Shown in pieces: positions 35,401 through 46,463 of a stretch of 64,000 nt of DNA (within the stretch, counting starts at the first letter, position 1; each line of letters begins with the position of its first letter). The translations under genes were made by a program, and so were the position numbers. The notes under the pieces are model-generated. The model searched no databases, had not been told where the DNA came from, and saw only the letters and a program-made list of their open reading frames with translations. This DNA is from Ostrea edulis (taxonomy: Eukaryota). The stretch spans positions 83,204,001-83,268,000 of the forward strand of contig NC_079167.1 of the NCBI RefSeq assembly GCF_947568905.1, read 5' to 3'.

Positions 35401-38400
35401 AAATGACCGTGTGAAAAATAGTTGAAAACAGTGTACCATAAATCAGGATATTTTTGCTGACTACAAATTTTTAGCAATTTAGTGGCTGTATTGAATTTAT
35501 GAAAATGATTATGATAAATATCTTACAAATATTTTCATATTGTCTTTAAGCAACAATTATATGAATTTACAAGATCTTCCAATTTCAAAGTTTCTGTGTA
35601 TACTAATTAATGGTGTAGCGGACAGTATAAGAGGGAACTTATACTGCCTCGCCAGAGAGCTAGCTTTTCTAGTGATGTGGTAGAGTCTCTCTCTTGATCA
35701 CGCAAGTTAAGCAACAGTGAGCATGATCAACACTTGGCTGGGTGACTGCTACACATTACAAATTGGTGGCATCGTAGTGACTCTGGTGTTTGGCGGGAGG
35801 CCTGCTTCAGGTAGAATCTTTTCGGAGCTCTGAGTACGGACGTGGATTCGTCCGGGACGACAGTGGTTGTCACCGGGAACGGCGGGTGCCGTTACTAAGC
35901 GGATGCTGTTACTGAGCAGGTGCCAAACACTCCGAGAGGACTCACGCTAAGCTTCGGGACGAAGCTTCCCCAAGTGGGGGGAAGTGTAGCGGTCAGTATA
36001 AGAGGGAACTTATCCGGCCTCGCCAGAGAGCTAGCTTTTCTAGTGATGTGGTAGAGTCTCTCTCTTGATCACGCAAGTTAAGCAACGGTGAGCGTGATCA
36101 GCACTTGGCTGGGTGACCGCTACACGTTACAATGGTTTATTACAAGATTCATTCACCTAATTGTGTGTGTTTGTTATAACATATGAATCCATGTTTAGAA
36201 AGGTTTAAAAAAAAGCTTATTTTGAAGTGTTGAATCTTCATTTCGGGGTACAACTATTATATCGTGTTAGTTTTGTTGTAGCATTCAAAGCTCTCTTAGA
36301 CAACTATGAGCTGGAGTGTGGGAAACAAGAAGTGGTAACAAATGAAGTTTTGTTGTAGCATTCAAAGCTCTCTTAGACAACTATGAGCTGGAGTGTGGGG
36401 AACAAGAAGTGGTAACAAATGAAGAGAGGAAGGAGAATCGGGATTTTATCGATGCCATTATGGAGACGGATGTAATGCAGGAAGCTCACCGCTACCTGGT
36501 GGAGAAAAACAAAGCACCTACGGATGAGATCGAGTTTAAACGGCTTCTCTACAAAACCTGGTTCAATCTTATACGCAGGACAAAGGGTGACAGGTGAGCT
36601 TCAGAGGCCTCCAATCTATAACGTATCAATCTCAGAGTATATGTATCAAGCCTCCAATCTATAAAGTATATGTATTAAGCCTCCAATCTATAGAGTATAT
36701 GTATCAAGCCTCCAATCTATAGAGTACATGTATCAAGCCTCCAATCTATAGAGTATATGTATCAAGCCTCCAATCTATAGAGTACATGTATCAAGCCTCC
36801 AATCTATAGAGTATATGTATCAAGCCTCCAATCTATAGAGTATATGTATAAAGCCTCCAATCTATAGAGTATATGTATCAAGCCTCCAATCTATAGAGTA
36901 TATGTATCAAGCCTCCAATCTATAGAGTACATGTATCAAGCCTCCAATCTATAGAGTACATGTATCAAATCTCCAATCTATAGAGTACATGTATCAAGCC
37001 TCCAATCTATAGAGTACATGTATCAAGTCTCCAATCTATAGAGTACATGTATCAAATCTCCAATCTATAAAGTACATGTATCAAGCCTCCAATCTATAGA
37101 GTACATGTATCAAGCCTCCAATCTATAGAGTACATGTATCAAGCCTCCAATCTATAAAGTATATGTATCAAGCCTCCAATCTATAAATTACATGTATCAA
37201 GCCTCCAATCTATAAAGTATATGTATCAAGCCTCCAATCTATAGAGTACATGTATCAAGCCTCCAATCTATAGAGTACATGTATCAAGCCTCCAATCTAT
37301 AGAGTATATGTATCAAGCCTCCAATCTATAGAGTACATGTATCAAGTCTCCAATCTATAGAGTACATGTATCAAGCCTCCAATCTATAGAGTACATGTAT
37401 CAAGCCTCCAATCTATAGAGTACATGTATCAAGCCTCCAATCTATAACGTATCAATCTCAGCATTGTTCATTTACTTGGTTTTCTGTGAGATAATTATTT
37501 TATAAATCACATTGTTCATTTACTGACTGCCCCTCTATCTGTTTGGTCATCTGTGAGATGATAGTTTTATAAATCACATTGTTGATTTACTTGGTTATCT
37601 GTGAGATGATAGTTTTATAAATCACATTGTTGATTTACTTGGTTTTCTGTGAGATAATAATTTTATAAATCACATTGTCGATTTACTTGGTTATCTGTGA
37701 GATAATAATTTTATAAATCACATTGTTGATTTACTTGGTTTTCTGTGAGATAATAGTTTTATAAATCACATTGTTGATTTACTTGGTTATCTGTGAGATA
37801 ATAGTTTTATAAATCACATTGTTGATTTACTTGGTTATCTGTGAGATAATAGTTTTATAAATCACATTGTTGATTTACTTGGTTATCTGTGAGATAATAA
37901 TTTTATAAATCACATTGTCGATTTACTTGGTTATCTGTGAGATGATAGTTTTATAAATCACATTGTTGATTTACTTGGTTTTCTGTGAGATAATAATTTT
38001 ATAAATCACATTGTCGATTTACTTGGTTATCTGTGAGATAATAATTTTATAAATCACATTGTTGATTTACTTGGTTTTCTGTGAGATAATAGTTTTATAA
38101 ATCACATTGTTGATTTACTTGGTTTTCTGTAAGATAATATTTTTATAAATCACATTGTTGATTTACTTGGTTTTCTGTGAGATAATTATTTTATAAATCA
38201 CATTGTCTTTGTATGTTTTGACAGTGTAAAGAGAAAATTTTGGACTGAAAATTGAACCCATACTAGGTTAAATTTTCAGTCCATTACTAGTCAGGTGCTC
38301 TAACCACTGAGCCATCTGAACAGTCCAATATCCACAGTCCATATAGCCCTAAAGTTCTGCTACAGTTTCCTCCCTCCTTAGATTGCCTTCACCCTTGAAG

Positions 38401-39739
38401 ACACACAACTCAGATTCTTCTGCTCCTGGCATGGTCACCAGCTCCTAATGTAATACATGTATATTGAAAAGGAGAAAATTTTGGGCTGGACCAGGATTCG
38501 AACCCGGGACCCCTGCATTACTAGTCAGGTTCTCTAACCACTGAGCTACCCAGGCTGATATCCATGGTCCATATAGCCCTAAATACTGCTTCATTTAATG
38601 GTTAATTTTCTTTAATTTTTATACATCTTTTGTGCTGAAAACATGCAATTGTTTGCAAATGAAATAAATGGCTTGATAATACTGAGATCTATATAGATGC
38701 GACATTTGACAGCCAGAGCCTCCTACAATGACAGCTGGATTGACATTGTGGTGTCTAACTCATTCCTTAGGGTGGCTTTCAGATGACCACATGATTTTTA
38801 TTTCAACATTTTGATGTCACGCTTAAGTCCTATTTCACACTCCATTTTTTCAACGTTTTTTGTGGCAACATCGCATTAGAAAGTAAATGTTGTATGTTCC
38901 CTCTATGTTTTGGCATTTTCTCAGAGCATTAGTTCAGTGTTAACTGTTTGCATTATTTTCAGGGACTTTGATTCCAGCAGCTTTGAGCACGTTTTCGTGG
39001 GCGAGGGTCGTGAAGATGATTTTATCGGCCTTCATAACTGGATTCAGTTCTACCTTCAGGAGAAAGCAGGAAACATTGACTATCACGGCTATTTCCGACG
39101 AGAAACGGTGAGTCACAGGATATTTCCTTTTAATTTACCACGTATTACTCACTGTAATAAAGATTTTATATCCACTTTTTGACCAAAGGCTGTGCTCTAT
39201 CTGTAGAGACTTTCATTATATGTACTGTACAGTAAAATATGGTTATAGCGAACGTCAAGGGTCGGCAAAAAACAGTTCATGATAACAAACTTCGTTATAT
39301 CCAATACGAGTTTTGTTATTTTCCTCTTATGGGGGATTAATATCACTTTGCAATAAGCATGAATTCGTCATAAGCATGTTCATTGTAAACATGTTTTACA
39401 ATAGTAAAGATTTCATTAGAATATCAAAAAATACCCATAGTAATGAGCATTTTTATGGAAGTTATATACATGATATTTTAGGTGAAGGATGACGACTATT
39501 TCCGATTAATAGCTCTTCAGTTCAGCTGGCGGGGAGAAAAAGGGAAGCCAATGAGCTCATGCTTCTTGGGGACCAGCCCAGAATTTGAGATTGCAGCATA
39601 CACAGTGTGCTTCCTGAGCGGTAAACACGGACGTAACATGGATGTTCAGCTTGGCGAGTATGAGGTGGAAATCAGCTGTCTTCCTCTCGGACACCACTGC
39701 ATCGGAACGGCCTACATCGCTGCTGCCAGGATGAACTAG
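32477..39739 (+). CDS. ENDOU: Poly(U)-specific endoribonuclease (EndoU/XendoU family)
   Basis: Exons 32477-32493 (tentative, phase-compatible), 34829-34929, 35282-35383, 36359-36593, 38963-39107 and 39482-39739. Motifs [62 protein letters not shown]; the catalytic His/His/Lys residues are present. Confidence 0.92.
32796..33039. mobile_element. MITE with CAGTG(A/G)(C/T)GGATCCA TIRs
   Basis: cagtgacggatcca ... tggatccaccactg, with tttac on both flanks. Confidence 0.7.
35614..36131 (+). mobile_element. TRIM (miniature LTR retrotransposon) with 5S rRNA-derived LTRs (Cassandra/Ajax-like)
   Basis: Two 147-bp TG..CA LTRs (35614-35760, 35985-36131), PBS at 35764-35780, PPT at 35972-35984, TSD ATGG. 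The LTR 3' half matches the 5S A-box/C-box region. Confidence 0.9.
36271..36424 (+). repeat. 77-bp tandem duplication of an ENDOU acceptor plus 66 nt of exon
   Basis: ttttgttgtag|cattcaaagc...aaatgaag occurs twice, with 1 mismatch. Confidence 0.95.
36605..37461. repeat. 29-bp minisatellite, about 28 copies, immediately after an ENDOU donor
   Basis: aagcctccaatctatagagta(c/t)atgtatc units; both ends share gcctccaatctataacgtatcaatctcag. Confidence 0.95.
37462..38207. repeat. 48-bp minisatellite, about 15 copies
   Basis: atcacattgttgatttacttggttatctgtgagataatagttttataa units. Confidence 0.95.
38219..38593 (-). mobile_element. tRNA-Thr-carrying TRIM (Helenus-like), diverged copy
   Basis: Two LTR-like repeats (about 38447-38593 and 38219-38364), each with gggctatatggac...ctcagtggttagag..cctgactagtaatg; PPT aaggagggagg before the 3' LTR. 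Confidence 0.75.
39230..39401. mobile_element. Tc1/mariner MITE, same family as 20984-21153 in the opposite orientation
   Basis: TA|CAGTAAAATATGGTTAT start; gaattcgtcataagcatgttcatt is the near reverse complement of the internal segment of the other copy. Confidence 0.7.
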
Positions 39740-42578
39740 ATGACTTCATGTCTGTCTCCCGCGTAACGAAGAACTCAGAATGATCTGCTCATTAACTTGT
39801 ACTGTTGAGATTCTTTTCACATCTTGCCTTATGATACATGTATTTTAGTAGCACAGAACATGACTGTGTGTTCTTAAAATACTCAGTTTGTGTAACATTC
39901 AGGGTTTTATGCTGACTTTATCTGGTATGGTAGCCCGTAGGGTTAGCAGTGGTTGAAAACTTAGCTTCCAAAGGTGAAAAGAATGAATGGGTGGGATGTT
40001 GCTCTTTCAATGAAATTTAGAATAAAGAATGCAACTTCTGATATTTTAGGAAAACTCTAGGGTTAAGTATTCAACATTGGAGAAATTTGGGGGTTAAATA
40101 TTCCACACTAAAACAATGCTCCGGGGTCATAGATTTCAGCTTCCATAGAGTGCTTTCTGAGTGGTAAACACGGATGTTGCATTCGATTGTCAGAGGACAT
40201 CAGCTTTACTGCGCTCAGGGATTTCACATCACAACTGCCTGAAATTTACCTTACCTCCTCAATATATTAAAGATTTCCCACCTAGTCAGATTTTTACTAG
40301 CGTACGTTATGGGCTACCGTTATCATTAACCCTAACCACATATCAACACTGTCAATGGTCAGTAATTCTGTAAAAATTATTATGATGATGTTGATTATAT
40401 ATACATGTATATATATATATATATTATATCTGTATTGGTGTCTATACTTAATTTGAAAGCAATACTGAAATACCTCAGAGATGAAAATGACACTTTCATC
40501 ATTATTAATTGTTAAATATTTTATTAACATTTTTAAAAGTAGGGGCTTACATGTAATTCAAGAATTTTTGTTTTTGTTCTAGTTGACTTTATCTTACAGT
40601 TGAACCATTTGTGATTCATCTATGTGCTCTTTTTTACATACTGGTATACATCATTGTATATGGTTGTGCGGTCGTTATCTTTGTTTAATACTTTTATACT
40701 CAATTCGTCCAATTGTACTAAACACCTTTCTTAATTATCTTATATACGACATTATGGAAGATATGAGTTGAGTTTGTTATATTGAAATTTAAAACTGTGG
40801 GGAGGGGGTGTTAGTGTTAGTTCCTACTAATTTTCAATTGAACCATGTGAGCAAAGTGTCATTGTAACATATTTATTTCAGTGTATACCAGTAAAAGTAA
40901 ATACAGGATATGTTTTCAATTGAATAACATTTATAAGGAATGTGCAATTGTACAATTTCAGGATTTATCAGGCTACACTGTTCAGCATTAATAAGTCCTT
41001 TACTGACTTTAACCAAAGCTTCCGTGTTACTTTTATTTGTGAAGGTATGAAATATTTAGTAAATGTGTGTTGAAATTCTATTGGTGCTATGAAAGGTAAA
41101 GATGACCATGGATAAATAAAAATGGCCAAATACTGAAAAAATTTCACGCACACACACTTGTTAATTGTTTTGCTCTTTTAGAAAGATTATTTATTCAAAT
41201 TTACCCATTAAGATAGATTTTCAGTGGACAAAAATGAAACAAAATGGGTGAAAATGTCTTGTGATTCAGTAAACTGAGAAATTATGCATGGGCATGTGAT
41301 GTATAAGGTGTCAGAAAGGATTGGGTTTTTTCAGCATTTTGATTTGGTTCAAAATAGATATGAAAACATGCTGGTCATATTATACGGGTTCTTATAAAAG
41401 AGGGCAAAGGGTGGTGATTTTAATACTACATACATTTATTTAAAAACTTGCTACATGTATGAGGAGGTGGTGGTAAACATTAAAATTACATCAGAGTAAT
41501 TCATCTGCTGTCTTACTGTTAGATAGATAAAATGACTAAAGACAGTATGGATGGTAAACTCTCACTTACTAATAATCAAATTAGAATTTGTATAGTTTGA
41601 TGAATTAGATGTACATGTATATTTAAGACATTTTTCTAATGTTTTAAATATTTATCTGAAAATTCTTACAGGAAATATAAGCAGTTCATTTCCATTAACC
41701 TCACCCGTTATCTCAGCCAGTTTACCAGAACTTGACTTCCCGTATTAAAAGTTACATTTTTCGTGTAATTTGACCCTGTTAATATCTCGACTTCTAAAAT
41801 CACATCCTGTCCATTTCTGCAATGTGTGTATGACGGTGCTCCTCCGATGTTTACTGCTTTACTTTGACCCTCATTTTTTTTTTTTTTTTTTTTTTTAAAA
41901 ATACATTTTATACCATTTTTCATGAATGTTTTTTTTTTTATAAACCTTAATTTTCATTGTATATACATAGAAATTTTTTATTTATACATGTACAGAGGTA
42001 TTAAAACTGCTGAATATGTTGGGAAGGTGTATTTATAGGATGAATATACAATAAAATTAGTAATTACAGAGTTTGTGTTAGTTTTCATTTCCACTGTTTC
42101 CCTGTTAGTGTACTCAGTACTTTGATAAGAGTATATACTATTGTGATGAATTAAAACAGAGTGAATTAATTTCAGCAATGTTGTAGATTTCATGAGACTA
42201 CGTTGTTTGCATTTTTCGAACAAAATCGCACTAAAGAGTTGAATATGGAGCAGTAAAATTAACATAAATTTAAATAATTGAAAATATCTTTAATTGAAAA
42301 TATTATCAATTCTTTGATGTGACAGTGTATCAATTCAATTTAAGATTCCTTCAAATAACTGACGATGTCTTCAAAACTGAATTATTGCCAGCATTTATTG
42401 AATTGTTGATGGCAATAATTCTATTCTGCTGAATTGATGTGTGCAATAACTGAATTGTTGCTCTCATCATCAAGTTATGCACAATCATTAAATTATTGCA
42501 CTCTTAAATAAAATTAATGATATCACTAATTCAAATGAATGATATGATCAATAATTTTAAGTAAGATCAACTATTTAA

Positions 42579-45393
42579 GGTAGTGATTGCAAGGCATCAC
42601 GTGGTTTATTCATGTAGTATCTAAAAAGAGACTATTTTCGTTTCCACCACCGGAATACGTCAAGTGCTAAGCATCAGTAATAATGACAGACGATGGAAAC
42701 AAAGACTTGTCAGATATAACCTGACACAGGATAATGTGAAAATATGTTTAGAAATATACAAGTAAATTAAAATACAAAAGAAAAATCCCTTATGTTTTAA
42801 TTACTTTTTAAACAATAGTTTACGTCTCCATGATTCATATAACCCCCCACCCACCCCTGCTGCCCGGTTAATTTTTACTCTTAGAAAATGTAAATTAAAT
42901 TCACAAACCACTAGGCCTATTAAAATTATAATATATAATGCTATAAATTTCATAAAATGTATATGGTGTTAGTGCACATAAATCTAAAGTGCTGGATGTG
43001 TACCCAAGGGAAACCGTTAGGCCGAGGAAACACGGGTTATGTAAACGCGTCATTTTAAGCAAACAATACTGATTATTTTAATCATATCTTTCCTAAGTAC
43101 ACTATACATGGATTTAAAACACTTTATTTTGCTACAAATATCCTCATCGTCCACTTTGAGATCGTCAGCTAAGAGGGAATCAAAGGAGTCCACTGTGTAA
43201 CGTGGATCTTAAGAGAAATCAAAAAAATGTGAATTTCGGAAACAGCACTTGCTGTTAATATGTTTTTGCTCAATTAGTTCAGTTATTTCTTATAATTTAT
43301 AAAATAAAGAAAGTTTTGTTGTTTTTGATAATCACTTGGTTTGAAATGAGAAAAAAAAAAACACGTCACATTTAATACAATGTCACAATGCACAGTTTAC
43401 ATCGGCTGTGTTATATTTTCCGCGTTTTTAACTAATACACTTACAGAGCATGATTATACAAGTAATTTCAAATAGAAAGTAATAAAAACATCTCCAAAGC
43501 CACAGTACTATCATTCTATGTGAAATTAATTCAATAGTAAACATCAAATCATAATTATAGTTTTAACATGAATTAATATAAATACATATAAGATGCATAT
43601 TTATCTTATTATCACCTGCAGCATTTATGTAAGGAAGAAGAGGGGGTAACTGTAGTGCTCATAGCGCCATAGTAAACCTGAAAACCAATATTGATACTTT
43701 TAGGAAAAATTCCTACTAACATATGTTAGGGCTGTTCCAGAAATGATCAAATGGGGGGGTCGGGCGGCAAATGATATTTTTTTGTGTGGGTGGTCGTATA
43801 CACGTATCAACACTTCGCGAAAGTTACGTCCCTTGTCCGCCATCTCCCGGATAAAAATCGTGTTTTCCTACGTTGGCCTTTGTAATTTTCCAATCTGTAG
43901 CTTTGACATCTGTTATTTTTCCATCAATTGCAGTTAACTACAATATGCCCCAGATTGGGGCAACCCATTAACTTGTATGAAAACTTGGTAATTGGCTAAA
44001 ATTCAAAGTAATAACATCTTACATTTGGTAAGGTAAAGAAGGAAAACTTAGTTTTTCACCGATTGACCTTTGGCTGACCCCGCAAAGGGACGTAACTCTT
44101 AGTGGGTAGTTTCTATTGTTTTATTTTGTGCTACGTGGGTGTTGAGTTTTCAGAATATTTTTATTGTCGCTCTTGTCGTGTTGGTTACAAAACGTCGGAG
44201 GGAAAATTGAAAACGTGCTTTCGAAATGCTGCTTTCGAAATCGAAAGTAACATAGAACTATTCGAGTTGTCGCTCTTTGCAGCGCATAACTTTCCATTAC
44301 GGCACTCTTCAAATTAGAGGCGCGTTTAATAGGGTCCCTTTGGACGTGATGGCAGCGAACTCTGTTCTGCAATTCTGTAGATTATTACAGTTTACAGTGC
44401 ATCGATTTTGGGAATATTTTGAAACCAATAGGTATTCCGTTTTCTAATAAAAATAGGCAAACCTTAGTTGAATTATACGAGGGTACCGATGCGTTATATT
44501 TATCAGTCGGTGTGATGGTGATATAGAGGCCTCCGGGCGCGGCCCGGGCTCCATTAGAAGACGAACGATTCGTGGAAAAACATATCCATACCCATTTCAT
44601 GATAATAGCATCGTTTGGACTCTCAGTCTTTCCAACATTCCCGCCATAGATGCCTTTGATTGTTGATGTGACATCGTTTCTTCAGAACTACTGTGATACA
44701 ATGTCGCACAGACATTACCGCGTCATTGACTAGAATGTTTGTCCAGAAAACCTCGCGAGATTTGTACCGTTTTCATTTTTAAAAATATTTTTGTGGTGGG
44801 TCTGGTTAGTTTTTTTTTTTTATTAGATGGGTCATTGTAAAATGAGTTTATTAATTTGATGGGTCATGGGGTAATTTTTTATTTTTTTTTATGGGTGCTT
44901 GGTATGTACAAAAGGTGCCTCCCGACCCCCAACCCCCATGTATTTATTTCTGGAATAGCCCTTAAAACATATGTAAAAATAAAAAAAATTCATTGGTCAT
45001 TTATTTTTCAGGGGGTGAAAATATGTCTGTTTTGGTGAATCACTGCCATCTAAAAATTGCTCATAAGGAACCGTGCTACTACTTCTTATGAAAATAAATG
45101 GACATCTTGATACAAATTATATATTAATTAAGGCTTTAACTAGAATTTGATAGAAAATTTGTATCACTTACTGTTTTTGTATCATTTTTAAACACCATCT
45201 GAAACACCTGTGCCATTTATTACAGAAAGTCGACGAGGGGTTACTATGACAACCGTAGCGTCACAATTTCCGTGAAAACCCTACATGATACATTCATAAT
45301 GAGTTACAGATACTGTCAACTACAAAATATGTAAAAAAAAAAATTAAAAAATCATAGATTCATTAATTTTCAATGACCCATGCAATCACTACC
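42579..45393. mobile_element. Kolobok-type non-autonomous DNA transposon with nested insertions
   Basis: TTAA|GGTAGTGATTGCA ... TGCAATCACTACC|TTAA (13-bp TIR, RR start, TTAA TSD). Confidence 0.7.
43729..44961. mobile_element. Zator-type non-autonomous element nested in the Kolobok element
   Basis: TTA|GGGCTGTTCCAGAAAT ... ATTTCTGGAATAGCCC|TTA (GG termini, TWA TSD). Confidence 0.65.
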
Positions 45394-45699
45394 TTAATTA
45401 GAGCATCAAATCAATTTATGCTTTTATCAATTCAATTGAAGAGAGCATTATAATTGATTTGATGCAAACATTAATTGAATTATTGCATGCAGTATTGAAC
45501 TAATGATATCCTGAAATAAATAATGATATCATCAATCATTTCAGTTAAGGTTAATTTGGTGCTCCATAGTTGAATACTCGTGTAATCTACAAATTCACAC
45601 ATGTGTACTCTATTCTTAAGGATTTTAATGGACAAGTCTAATAAGTAAACAAGGATCATGCAATGTGAAACATTGGCGTGTGAATACAATGAAGGCTGT

Positions 45700-46345
45700 G
45701 TACATTAGACTGTTTCTCTCACAGTAACACTCACTGAAGAGTGTCTGTTCAGACGGACAGATAACACTCACTGTAGCGTGTCTGTACTGGTAATACTCGC
45801 TGAAGCATGTCTGTACTGGTAACATTCACTGAAGCGTGTCTGTACAGACAGACGGACAGGTAACACTCACTGAAGCGTGTCTACCGGTATCACTCGCTGA
45901 GGAGCGTCTGTACTGGTAACATTCACTGAAGCGTGTCTGTACCGGTAACACTCGCTGAGACGTGTCTGTATAGGTAACACTTGCTGAAGCATGTATGTTC
46001 CGTTAACACTCACTGAAGCGTGTCTGTACCGGTAACACTCGCTGAGACGTGTCTGTATAGGTAACACTCGCTGAAGCATGTATGTTCCGTTAACACTCAC
46101 TGAAGCGTGTCTGTACCGGTAACACTCACTGAGACGTGTCTGTATAGGTAACACTCGCTGAAGCATGTCTGTACCGGTAACACTCGCTGAGGCGTGTCTG
46201 TACTGGTAACACTCACTGAAGCGTGTCTGTACTGGTAACACTCACTGAGGCGTGTCTGTACTGGTAACACTCGCTGAAGCATGTCTGTACCGTTAACACT
46301 CGCTGAGGCGTGTCTGTACCGTTAACACTCGCTGAAGTGTGCCTG
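45700..46345. repeat. 29-bp minisatellite, about 20 copies, downstream of the PITHD1 stop
   Basis: gtaacactc(a/g)ctgaagc(a/g)tgtctgtac(c/t)g units. Confidence 0.95.
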
Positions 46346-46463
46346 TACCGGGATCTATTGCATTATTTTGTCCCGTCTATTACATGTACACAGTTCACAT
46401 TGTAAGCACACGGTCTAGAAGTAGCTGTAGAGATGACAGAGGACAACAAACATAACCATGACA

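Noticed and set aside
36061-36120. 5S rRNA gene (also 35690-35750)
   Set aside because: Only the ~60-nt internal promoter region matches. The 5' and 3' helix I strands and the T-run terminator are missing, and it lies inside LTRs.
36605-38207. CRISPR-like arrays (also 9505-11010, 45700-47960)
   Set aside because: Units are contiguous with no unique spacers, the context is eukaryotic introns, and there are no cas genes.
38483-38555. Functional tRNA-Thr(AGT) gene
   Set aside because: The anticodon stem has an extra base, the acceptor stem has a mismatch, and the sequence is embedded in a repeated LTR seen four times in the window.
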